Shown in pieces: positions 39,988-48,903 of a stretch of DNA of 64,000 bases (positions are counted from its first letter, which is position 1; every line of letters starts with the position of its first letter). A program made the position numbers and the translations under genes. Source of the stretch: a virus (lineage: Duplodnaviria; Heunggongvirae; Uroviricota; Caudoviricetes); IMG/VR virus record IMGVR_UViG_3300024259_001450, positions 124,076 through 188,075 of that record; one strand, given 5' to 3'. The notes under the pieces were generated by a model that worked only from the letters and a program-made list of their open reading frames with translations, searched no databases and was not told where the DNA came from.

Positions 39988-40609
39988 AAGTTTAGATAAC
40001 CGTCGTGACAATCGTACCGAAAAACAATTTAAAAAAGACATTTCAGCGTGGGAAGCAAGAGAAGACATTTGGGCAGAAACAATGAAGGCCGAAATGGAGC
40101 AGTGCGGCCACAATGTAGAAGTTGAGCATTACGGAATAGGTGATGGCACTGGCAAGATGATTGAAAATGCGACGGTAAAAGATTTAAGTCGTCCAGATAA
40201 AAAGTTTGTTATTGATGGCGAAACTCATTTAGTGGAAATCAAAACATGTGATATGGGAAAAGATTATCCTGATCTTCCATTTATCACAATTAAAACTAAT
40301 TCAATGAAAAGTGCCATTAAGGAAGAAAACGGTAAAGTTGTAATTTGTGATCGTGAATGGTGGATGATACTTCGTAAAGATGTTTTAGAAAAATTGTTAG
40401 AAGTATATCCTCATAAACTGTATCACGGTTTTTCTCCAAATAAGAAGGCGATTAGAGTGCCTGGCAAAGATTTGGCCGGATGGCTTTCTAACAAAAGAGA
40501 AGATGGGAAGATAGAAATTAGACGATGGAATAAAGACGCTGAAAAAGTTATCAAAAAACATGCTGACAAATTGTTTAGAAAAGCAAAATATACACGCAAA
40601 GGAAAATAA
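39980..40609 (+). CDS. Possible PD-(D/E)xK nuclease-fold protein
   Basis: VIDGETHLVEIKT resembles a D…ExK motif. Weak. Confidence 0.3.
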   Translation: MSKSLDNRRDNRTEKQFKKDISAWEAREDIWAETMKAEMEQCGHNVEVEHYGIGDGTGKMIENATVKDLSRPDKKFVIDGETHLVEIKTCDMGKDYPDLPFITIKTNSMKSAIKEENGKVVICDREWWMILRKDVLEKLLEVYPHKLYHGFSPNKKAIRVPGKDLAGWLSNKREDGKIEIRRWNKDAEKVIKKHADKLFRKAKYTRKGK

Positions 40610-41675
40610 AATGAATAGAAGAAATTTCTTAAAAACTTTAGCAGTTGCTAGTGCGAGTGGGGCATTGCCTATCAAATTATTAGCATCTAACAACAAGCCA
40701 CTTCATTTAAATCAAGAAGAAAAAGAATTTGTTGCCAATCAAGTACACCATTTTATTTGTAGACATGCTGAACATTATTGGATAACAAGAATGTGTTTAC
40801 TTGTAGATGAAATTCCACCAAAGAAAAAACCTATTTATGAACGAGACTCTTATAGCAAAGGAGATTTTGCCGTTTATATGAGAACTGATTTCCCTATGTT
40901 TTTCTCACCTGTATGCCCAGCTAGGCCAAGGGAAATACAGCAACGTTGGAGATTGCCATCAAGTAATATATATCCAAGTTTTTATTGGCAAAACAGAAAA
41001 TGTATTACGGTTCCCACTTATGATATCGAAGGTACTTCTTTGCAATTCACTGAAAAAGAAATTAAAGGATTCAAAAATAAAACATTCACAAAGAGTGCCA
41101 ACGAAAAGGTGAAAAAACTTTCGGAGCATTTAGAGAAAACAGAACTGAATGATTTGATTTATCTGTTGGATTTTAACTGTTTATCAGAGATTGAAGATAA
41201 TTATTGGATGAATCCATTAAAACATTGTAAGCGTTCTCGTAATTTACAAACACATATATTTGTTTGTGATAAAAAGGAGGATTTGCACGATGCCGTCAAT
41301 GATGCTTTCGCGTTTATAGAGTGCCAAGAAGATTTGGTGGTTAATATGATTATTAATCCAAATACAATGGAAAAAATAAAGCACTTATTTACTGATGATG
41401 AACTTGAGATAAATGAATATAGGAACTCGTGGCATTTTATAAATCCTTTATACGGCTATATGTGGCTTTGCAGGATTTTAGTTCATGAGGCTGTTCCAGA
41501 AAAGTCCATATATATTATGGGTTCTCCTGATCGTTGTGGTGTATTGCCCCTAGAAAAAGATTTGCAAACACACTATAATGATGATAATACATGCACAACA
41601 TCGGAGAAAATAGGAATGTCTATTGTATATCCCAATTCTGTTATGAAAATTGAACTAGATGACTCTATAATATAA
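40610..41675 (+). CDS. Tat-signal-peptide protein (predicted exported)
   Basis: MNRRNFLKTLAVASASGALPIKLLA: twin-arginine RRxFLK plus hydrophobic h-region plus A-x-A-like site. Confidence 0.45.
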
Positions 41676-41688
41676 TAGAGGAAATAAA

Positions 41689-43713
41689 ATGCCGAAATCA
41701 CTGTTTCGCTATCCTGGCGGAAAATCAAAAAAAAGCATATTGGATAAACTCTGGGCTAAAGCGCCCAAAGAGTTTTCTGAGTATAGAGAACCATTTGTAG
41801 GCGGTGGAGGGCTGTTTTTCGATATCCCTAGCACCAAATGTAAAAAACGGTGGATTAACGATATAGACAGCAATCTAATAGCTGTCTATGATGCTTTCAG
41901 GAACCGCCCAGAAGCCTTTATATCGCTCTGTAAGGCCATCGAACCACAAAAGGCGGGCGAAACCCTAACTTCCTCTAAACCAGGCGGAAAAGAGATTTAT
42001 AACGCTCGTTTAAAAGAGGTTTTCGATAAATTCGTTGCAGATAAAGACATGGATAGGGCATTGCGTTATTTCTTCCTTAATAGGACTAATTGGGGTGGTA
42101 GAGTTGATTATGACAGACCTTCACGATTATACTATTCAAATCCTCAAGGATGGAATATCGTTAAAGGCGATACACTAGAAAAAGCAGCAAAACATATAAA
42201 AGGAGCAAGAATAACCAATCATTGTGCTTCTATCTTGCTTAAAGAACCAGGTAAGGATGTTTTTATATATTGTTTTCCAAAAGATTCTAAAGTTAAAATG
42301 GCCAACAGAACTCTTAAGAAAATACAAAATATTGAAATTGGAGATAAAGTCTTAGGAGGCAGGACAGTCAAAAAAGTCTTTTGTAATCATTATAATGGCA
42401 AAATCGTAAATATTAAAATTCAAGGCTCACCGTTTATGATAAATATTACTGATGATCACCCGATGATGGCTATAAAAAAAATAAATTCTAAACAAGAAAA
42501 AAGAAACGTTGAGAAATTAGAGAAATCGATAAAACTTATTGATGCCGGAAAATTACAAATTGGGGATTATCTATGTGTCCCTGTTGGCTGCGACAACGGC
42601 AATCAATGGAACTGGGGTTTTGAGCCGTACAAAGGTGACCCATATTACGGCGATAAAAGAAAAACCAAGATAAATAAAATATCTTTTATTCAAGATGATA
42701 TTAAAATTGCCAATATATTAGGGCTTTATTCCGCTGAAGGAACTGCCTCAAAATATATAGTGCATTTTTATTTTAGTGTAAAAGAAAAAGAAATAATCAA
42801 AAAGCTTTGTCAAGATATAGAAGATGTATTTAATTATAAGCCTGTTGTTTATGAAAAATCACCTAGCGATAGTGTAACAACTGTTGCCATCCACTCTGTT
42901 GTAATAAGCTCTTTTATCCGCAAATGGGTTAAAGGAAAAAGTCGCAGATGTGATATCCCTAATAAAAGATTCAGCAATAAAATATTGGAAGCTCCTCAGA
43001 AAATATTATTTCAGATTCTAAAATCGTGGCTTTTGGGAGATGGGGGATTTTGGAATCCCGGTAACGGTAAGGGTAAAGTAACTGGCACTAGTGCTTCTTA
43101 TGAATTAGCTTTACAAATGTATGACATAGCTCTCCAATGTAAATTGCGACCTGGCTTCAAAAAACGTCAAAACTGTTATGATGTTTATTTTTCTATTGCC
43201 GATGAAATTAAAAAATTAGGTTATGACATCGAAAGCGGCAAAAGTAGACCACAGCGTAAAATAACAAACGATTATATTTTGTCAAGAATTACAAGAATTT
43301 CAAATATTGATTTTTTAGGCAATGTTTACAATTTACATGTTGATAAAGATAATTTGATATGTGTGGATGGTGTTATGTCGCATAATTGTGATCCGCCTTA
43401 TGTCGTAAATTCTGATTTAGCTAAGAGTTCACAATTGTATGCAAATAATTTCACAGAAGAAGATCATATTAAGTTGGCAGGAATTATTAAACAATGTAAA
43501 CACAATGTGTTAATTAGTTACGACGATCATAAGTTAATAAGAGAATTATATTTGCCAAAAGATGGATTCCATATTTTCGATGAGGAATGGACATATTGTG
43601 GAACGTCGAGTTCAGAAGATGCTGGCGAAGACAATAAACAGAAAAAAGTCGGCAAGGAATTATTAATTACCAATTACGAAGTCGAAAAAGAAACAGATTT
43701 ATTTGAAGAATAA
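41689..43713 (+). CDS. dam: Dam-family N6-adenine DNA methyltransferase interrupted by an intein
   Basis: Motif I FRYPGGKSK. Extein junction …DVFIY|C…HN|CDPPYVV (E. coli Dam has VYCDPPY). Confidence 0.8.
   Translation: MPKSLFRYPGGKSKKSILDKLWAKAPKEFSEYREPFVGGGGLFFDIPSTKCKKRWINDIDSNLIAVYDAFRNRPEAFISLCKAIEPQKAGETLTSSKPGGKEIYNARLKEVFDKFVADKDMDRALRYFFLNRTNWGGRVDYDRPSRLYYSNPQGWNIVKGDTLEKAAKHIKGARITNHCASILLKEPGKDVFIYCFPKDSKVKMANRTLKKIQNIEIGDKVLGGRTVKKVFCNHYNGKIVNIKIQGSPFMINITDDHPMMAIKKINSKQEKRNVEKLEKSIKLIDAGKLQIGDYLCVPVGCDNGNQWNWGFEPYKGDPYYGDKRKTKINKISFIQDDIKIANILGLYSAEGTASKYIVHFYFSVKEKEIIKKLCQDIEDVFNYKPVVYEKSPSDSVTTVAIHSVVISSFIRKWVKGKSRRCDIPNKRFSNKILEAPQKILFQILKSWLLGDGGFWNPGNGKGKVTGTSASYELALQMYDIALQCKLRPGFKKRQNCYDVYFSIADEIKKLGYDIESGKSRPQRKITNDYILSRITRISNIDFLGNVYNLHVDKDNLICVDGVMSHNCDPPYVVNSDLAKSSQLYANNFTEEDHIKLAGIIKQCKHNVLISYDDHKLIRELYLPKDGFHIFDEEWTYCGTSSSEDAGEDNKQKKVGKELLITNYEVEKETDLFEE
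42271..43386 (+). mobile_element. Intein (372 aa) with LAGLIDADG-type homing-endonuclease domain inside dam
   Basis: Starts Cys (CFPKDSKV…), ends …VMSHN followed by extein Cys. Internal ILGLYSAEG and LLGDGG LAGLIDADG-like motifs. In-frame. Confidence 0.7.
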
Positions 43714-43761
43714 TTAAGTTAATTTTACTGACACTATAATGAAAATGAAAGGAGACGCATT

Positions 43762-44232
43762 ATGGGTGGTTTATTAATTTTGATTGGTTTTATTATCGTG
43801 TTTTTGCTCCCGTCTATAGCAGTTTGGAAATTGAGCGGCTGGGGCAAATTAGGCAATGTAGCAATTTATTTCATGTTGGCAGGAATATTGGTTGTTCCAC
43901 TTTGTTTGGGAACCCTATATATGACTACGGGCCTTGGACCCAATTATGGAAGCGGTGAAGTTGATGTAAATATTATGCACTGCAATTATGAAGGCATAAT
44001 TTGGGAAACATATGAGATAAAAGGAACTGCTGGTGAAGAGAACAGAGATTTTATCAAGTATGGTTTTTCTACCAACGATGATAAGATTGGTAAATTCTTA
44101 CAAGATAACATTGGAAAGAATGTGCGTATAAAATATAAGATATGGCTTATGGCCCCAGCTTATGTTGGAAATGACACATGGCAAATTACTGATGTAAATG
44201 ACGGAAATGGATGGCTTTCTGAAAGAGAATAA
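43762..44232 (+). CDS. Membrane protein (two N-terminal transmembrane helices)
   Basis: GGLLILIGFIIVFLLPSIAVW and IYFMLAGILVVPLCLG hydrophobic segments. Confidence 0.4.
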   Translation: MGGLLILIGFIIVFLLPSIAVWKLSGWGKLGNVAIYFMLAGILVVPLCLGTLYMTTGLGPNYGSGEVDVNIMHCNYEGIIWETYEIKGTAGEENRDFIKYGFSTNDDKIGKFLQDNIGKNVRIKYKIWLMAPAYVGNDTWQITDVNDGNGWLSERE

Positions 44233-44234
44233 AA

Positions 44235-44996
44235 ATGGATAAGACAAGTTTAGGTGACAGAATAAAAGGATACGAGGGAGTTTCTCGTAATTTCCTTGTA
44301 GGAAGAATGCCAGTAATCTGTCGCGTCGATGGACGAGCATTTCACACATTCACCAAACACTGTGAAAAGCCTTTCGATAAGAACATTATATCGGCAATGG
44401 TTCACGGTGCAAAACAGGTGGCAGATGATATGCAGGGATTCAAGGTTGGATATGTCCAATCAGATGAAGCATCGTTTGTAATCACAGATTATGATGAAAT
44501 AAACACACAAGGATGGTTTAACTACAATCTTAGTAAAATGATATCTATGTCTGCATCTGTAATGACTTTGCATTTTAATAGTTATTATAGATATCTAGAC
44601 GAGAATATTGTGGTCAATGGATCAGCAGTAACAAGGTTAAGACCTATTCCTAATGGTTATTTTGATTCTAGAGCATTTAATGTGCCAAGAGAAGATGTTT
44701 CAAATTACCTATTGTGGCGTTGCCAAGATTGGAAACGTAATAGTTTACAAATGTATGCTCGTTCTGTCTATTCTCACAAAGCATTAATGAACAAGAATCA
44801 GGACGACATGCACGAACTGTTGCACCAAAAGGGTAAAAATTGGGCTACAGATTTGAGTAATGTAGAGAAGAATGGAACATTTTTGGTGAAAACAGATGAT
44901 GGAATAGGAACAAGATCAGACATTAGACCATCGTTTGAGGAAATCAGTGCTGTTGTGGAACCATTGGTTTATCCGTTAGAGAAATTGGAGAAATAA
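44235..44996 (+). CDS. Thg1-like protein (tRNA-His guanylyltransferase family 3'-5' nucleotidyltransferase)
   Basis: VICRVDGRAFHTFTK…KPFDKNII…VGYVQSDEASFVI parallels the Thg1 catalytic motifs (VVRLDGRNFH…; YGQSDEYSFVF). Confidence 0.7.
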   Translation: MDKTSLGDRIKGYEGVSRNFLVGRMPVICRVDGRAFHTFTKHCEKPFDKNIISAMVHGAKQVADDMQGFKVGYVQSDEASFVITDYDEINTQGWFNYNLSKMISMSASVMTLHFNSYYRYLDENIVVNGSAVTRLRPIPNGYFDSRAFNVPREDVSNYLLWRCQDWKRNSLQMYARSVYSHKALMNKNQDDMHELLHQKGKNWATDLSNVEKNGTFLVKTDDGIGTRSDIRPSFEEISAVVEPLVYPLEKLEK

Positions 44997-45430
44997 TGAA
45001 CAACAGAATAACATCATTTACTGACGAAGAAAAAATAAAATTCATTGAATTGTTTAATAAAATAGCTACAGAATATACGACAGACAAGTGGGTGGCATCA
45101 CCATGTACAGATTGGGATGCCTATGAAACATTTATAGCCACAGAAGATGGTAACGATTTTGGATTTGAACATTATCTTTCGATAACCATTTATAGAAAAC
45201 AGCGTTTCTGGTCTAAGCAATTTCGTTACGAAATTAGTTGTTATGCCAGCGGGCACAGTAGTATATCAGCCAAGAAAACAGTGTCTGTCCATTTGGGGAT
45301 AGAAAAAAATTCAGAATTAGAGAATACAATAAAAAGTATTTTCAATAGGATAGAATCAGATTTCGTTAATAAAGAAAAAAACACTGTGAGTATCTTGGAC
45401 AAATTAATGAAAGAAGGAAATCACTTGTAA
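44996..45430 (+). CDS. Hypothetical protein
   Basis: 144-aa ORF coupled via ATGA. Confidence 0.4.
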   Translation: MNNRITSFTDEEKIKFIELFNKIATEYTTDKWVASPCTDWDAYETFIATEDGNDFGFEHYLSITIYRKQRFWSKQFRYEISCYASGHSSISAKKTVSVHLGIEKNSELENTIKSIFNRIESDFVNKEKNTVSILDKLMKEGNHL

Positions 45431-45439
45431 GGAAATAAT

Positions 45440-46396
45440 ATGCATACGGAAGAATTGAAGTTAGATTTTGATGACGTTTTAATACGTCCCAAACGTAGTA
45501 AGGTTCCCTCCCGATCACATATCGAATTAGAAAGAACATATACTTTCAAAAATAGCGGAAAAGAATGGACTGGTTTACCAATTATTGCCGCGAATATGGA
45601 CACCACCGGAACATTTGCCATGGCTCAAGCATTAGCAGAATACAAAATGCTCACGGCATTACATAAGCATTATTCAATCGAAGAACTGACAGATTTTTTT
45701 GCCGACAATCAAAACATATGGGATAATGTCTTTTACACTGTTGGCATTGGCGATGATGACTTTGAAAAATTGAAAGAAGTAGCGGTTGCACTATATGTAA
45801 AAATAAATGATTTTGACACAAGCAATCAACCTCCAATGTGGAGAACTAGATGCTATAAAGAAATGAAGAAAACATTTCCAAGAATGCTTTGTATTGATGT
45901 TGCAAACGGATATACGGAATATTTTTTGGAACGAGTTGAAAAGATAAGAAAAGAATTTCCGAATAGCACTATAATGGCTGGCAATGTAGTGACTTATGAA
46001 ATGGCAGAACAATTGATCCTTTCCGGTGTAGATATCGTAAAATGCGGGATTGGATCAGGAAGTGTGTGTACGACTCGTATAAAGACGGGTTGTTTTGTTG
46101 CTGGGACTAAAGTTAATACTAAAAAAGGATTAATAAATATTGAAGATATCAAAGTGGGTAATTATGTATTAACTCACGACGGAACTTATCAAAAAGTTAA
46201 GAAAAATAATAGACTAAAAGAAAAAGAAGATTTATTAGAGATAAACGGTGTGATATGCACAAAAGATCATGAGTTTTATGTAATCGATAAAAACAAAGCT
46301 GATTTAGTTAATGAAAACAATTTACACAATTTTGCATATTGGGTAGAAGCTGTTAATTTAACTGATCATCATTTTCTCATAGAAATAGAGGAATAA
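45440..46396 (+). CDS. guaC: GMP reductase N-extein fused to split-intein N-fragment (IntN, 101 aa)
   Basis: N-terminus [13 protein letters not shown]…[13 protein letters not shown]…[13 protein letters not shown] matches GuaC up to the catalytic loop. It then continues [23 protein letters not shown]…LIEIEE and stops. Confidence 0.8.
   Translation: MHTEELKLDFDDVLIRPKRSKVPSRSHIELERTYTFKNSGKEWTGLPIIAANMDTTGTFAMAQALAEYKMLTALHKHYSIEELTDFFADNQNIWDNVFYTVGIGDDDFEKLKEVAVALYVKINDFDTSNQPPMWRTRCYKEMKKTFPRMLCIDVANGYTEYFLERVEKIRKEFPNSTIMAGNVVTYEMAEQLILSGVDIVKCGIGSGSVCTTRIKTGCFVAGTKVNTKKGLINIEDIKVGNYVLTHDGTYQKVKKNNRLKEKEDLLEINGVICTKDHEFYVIDKNKADLVNENNLHNFAYWVEAVNLTDHHFLIEIEE
46091..46393 (+). mobile_element. 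Split intein N-fragment
   Basis: Begins with Cys directly after the extein KTG. Hint blocks A/B present (LTHDGTY). Terminated by an in-frame TAA. Confidence 0.7.
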
Positions 46397-46404
46397 ATTA
46401 TTTT

Positions 46405-46447
46405 ATAGTGTATAAAATAGTATAGATTTACCTATTTTATACACTAT
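46405..46447 (+). promoter_or_regulatory. Perfect 16-bp inverted repeat (hairpin) between IntN stop and the HNH gene RBS
   Basis: ATAGTGTATAAAATAG-tatagatttac-CTATTTTATACACTAT, immediately followed by GGAGAAATATTATG. Confidence 0.5.
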
Positions 46448-46458
46448 GGAGAAATATT

Positions 46459-47172
46459 ATGTCTAAAGCCAAATTTAATCTAGAAAAAAAAGATATTAAA
46501 AAGAAGATTAATTCAGGTCAAAAGGTCAAAAATATAGCCAAAGAATACGGTTGTTCTGTGGGTCTAATTTATACTTTTTGTAAAAACAACAACATAAAAA
46601 TACCCAAGTTGGATTTAGTGGGACACCAATTTAATAAACTAAAAGTAATTAAAAAAATTGGGTCTAAAAACGGGTCTATTTACTGGCTTTGTGAATGTGA
46701 ATGTGGCAAATTAAGAGAATTTCCAACAAAATCCATTAATCGAAAAGAAAATATTTCTTGTGGATGTTATTTATATTCAAAAGAAAGAAGTCGAAAAAAT
46801 AAGTTTTGGAATGGTTATGAGGACATACACGGAAAATGGTGGGGCAATATAAGAAAAGGGGCAGCGAAAAGGAGCCATCAATTTAATATAAGTATAAAGT
46901 ACGCATGGAAATTATTTTTAAAACAAGAAAAAAAATGTTCTTTAAGTGGAGTTGATATAAAATTCTCTCGATCTTCTCGTGGATTTCAAAGAGGAGAAAC
47001 CACAGCGAGTTTAGATAGAATAGATAATTCAAAAGGTTATATTAAAGGAAATGTCCAGTGGTTACACAAAAATGTTAATCTTATGAAACAAAAAATGTCA
47101 CAAGATGAATTGATCGGTTGGTGCAAACTGATAGTAGATTACAGGAAAAATAATCATGAAATTCAAACTTAA
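46459..47172 (+). CDS. Free-standing HNH homing endonuclease inserted between the intein halves
   Basis: Own RBS. Cys-rich N-terminus. C-terminal [27 protein letters not shown] (HNH_3/AP2-type). Different reading frame from guaC. Confidence 0.7.
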   Translation: MSKAKFNLEKKDIKKKINSGQKVKNIAKEYGCSVGLIYTFCKNNNIKIPKLDLVGHQFNKLKVIKKIGSKNGSIYWLCECECGKLREFPTKSINRKENISCGCYLYSKERSRKNKFWNGYEDIHGKWWGNIRKGAAKRSHQFNISIKYAWKLFLKQEKKCSLSGVDIKFSRSSRGFQRGETTASLDRIDNSKGYIKGNVQWLHKNVNLMKQKMSQDELIGWCKLIVDYRKNNHEIQT

Positions 47173-47959
47173 AAAAGTATTTAAAAAAAATGTAAAATCT
47201 AATCTAGAAGACGTTTATGATTTAACAGTTGAAAACAATCATTCTTATTGTGTCGAGAGCATGGTTGTTCATAATTGTGGATATCCTCAATTGTCAGCGG
47301 TGTTAGAGACAAAAAGTGCAGCACACGGATTGGATGGTCATGTCTGCTCTGATGGGGGCTGTAACGTCACAGGTGATGTCTGTAAGGCATTTGGCGCTGG
47401 TGCTGACTTCGTTATGTTGGGTGGATTCTTCGCTGGCACAAGCGAATGTGAGGGCGAATGGGAATATCACGAATTGCAAGACGAAGAACAAAAACGACAC
47501 GAATATTATTCATCTTTGAATAATTATGTACGAGAAAGCATGAGAACAAGAATTGTTGACAAGGAGAATATTCCTATTACGATTTCTTCGTATGAACAGC
47601 AAAACAGTGGTGAAGGTAAAATGTTTCATTCTTGGGAAGATGCCCTTAGATATGTAGAAACAGAACTTGAAAAAACTGCTAAAAATGTTGGTAAAAAAAC
47701 TTTGAAATTTTACGGTATGTCATCTAAGGATGCACAAGAAAAATACCATGATGGAGTAAAAAAATATAGAACTTCTGAGGGAAAAACTGTTTCAATTCCC
47801 TATAAAGGTAAGGCAGAAGATATTGTGCAAGACATTCTTGGTGGTTTAAGATCGGCTTGCACGTATGTTGGAGCGAGTAAGTTAAAGTATTTTAATAAAT
47901 GCTGTGAATTTATTCGCGTCTCAAGAACTCATAATACGGTGTATGGAAATGGTACGTAA
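47156..47959 (+). CDS. guaC: Split-intein C-fragment (IntC, 40 aa) fused to GMP reductase C-extein
   Basis: MKFKLKK…[21 protein letters not shown]|[11 protein letters not shown]…DGGC…GADFVMLGG…[11 protein letters not shown] matches the GuaC C-terminal half. Same frame as the N-part. Confidence 0.8.
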   Translation: MKFKLKKVFKKNVKSNLEDVYDLTVENNHSYCVESMVVHNCGYPQLSAVLETKSAAHGLDGHVCSDGGCNVTGDVCKAFGAGADFVMLGGFFAGTSECEGEWEYHELQDEEQKRHEYYSSLNNYVRESMRTRIVDKENIPITISSYEQQNSGEGKMFHSWEDALRYVETELEKTAKNVGKKTLKFYGMSSKDAQEKYHDGVKKYRTSEGKTVSIPYKGKAEDIVQDILGGLRSACTYVGASKLKYFNKCCEFIRVSRTHNTVYGNGT

Positions 47960-48491
47960 AGAAAAGACATTTGGGTCTTGTTTTACTGGGCTGGACATTC
48001 ATAAAGCCTCACTGGAATTAGTGCGCTCTTATAGAGAATTGGAACAAACGAATGACGACCAAAAAGGATATTTCAAATTACTGAATGTTCTGAGCAACCT
48101 AATTTATGCTTTTGAAATTATGAAAGTAAATTTGGATTGGCCTCCTCCGTTTGTCGGCCAACACCATCTATTGGAATGTGAACACTATCAAAAAGAATTG
48201 AATTTAAAAATCAATACTTTTGATAACTATTTGAAATTACGTTTAGAGTCCATATTAAAGGCTCAACCCATATCAATACGAGCAGAGCAAATTAACGAAT
48301 TGATACGGGTGACATTTGAAAGTGTCGAAAAAGATTCTTATATCATTGGATGGGAAAAAGAAGCTGATTGTTTAGCGACAGAGGCATCTAATTTTATGAA
48401 GAAAATTTCTGACGAATGCGAATCTCGCAATCCTATATTAATAAAATGGCTATTAAGCCAAGTGTACTGGGACACAATGGAGGAAGAGTAA
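47943..48491 (+). CDS. Hypothetical protein
   Basis: ORF overlapping the guaC stop. Confidence 0.35.
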   Translation: MEMVRKEKTFGSCFTGLDIHKASLELVRSYRELEQTNDDQKGYFKLLNVLSNLIYAFEIMKVNLDWPPPFVGQHHLLECEHYQKELNLKINTFDNYLKLRLESILKAQPISIRAEQINELIRVTFESVEKDSYIIGWEKEADCLATEASNFMKKISDECESRNPILIKWLLSQVYWDTMEEE

Positions 48492-48868
48492 TGAAAATAT
48501 TTGTACTAGATGACGACCATTGGCGAATTGGGTGGTTTTTAAACACTTTTGGAGCGAGAAATGTGGATTACGCCCACGGACCAATTAGGGCTATCGCAAA
48601 ATTGTGTCTTAATAAGTATGATAAAATCTTTCTAGATCACGACTTAGGTGGAGCATACACCCGTGGACCCAATGGCGATGGAATTGATGTGGTAAAAGTG
48701 ATGCATGAAGAAAAGCTTCATATTGATACTCCTATTGTCATTCATACAATGAACGAGGAAGCCGGGAAGAAAATGGAAAAAGTTTTATCTTATGAACATA
48801 AAAATGTTGAGGTCATTCCATTCTGGATATTGTCGAAAAATTATGAATCAGAGAAGGATTCCGAATAA
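48491..48868 (+). CDS. CheY-like receiver-domain-like small protein (paralogue of 16952..17302)
   Basis: [11 protein letters not shown]…FLDHDLGG…IHTMNEEAGKK. GGAGGAAGAG RBS. Confidence 0.4.
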   Translation: MKIFVLDDDHWRIGWFLNTFGARNVDYAHGPIRAIAKLCLNKYDKIFLDHDLGGAYTRGPNGDGIDVVKVMHEEKLHIDTPIVIHTMNEEAGKKMEKVLSYEHKNVEVIPFWILSKNYESEKDSE

Positions 48869-48903
48869 AAATAGTATAATTGTATGTAGAGAGGACTATT
48901 TTT

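Noticed and set aside
45440-47959. guaC split interpreted as a sequencing frameshift in one intein-containing gene
   Set aside because: Both halves are in the same frame but separated by several in-frame stops and about 760 nt. That gap contains a complete HNH ORF with its own RBS in another frame. IntN and IntC lengths (101 and 40 aa) match known split inteins.
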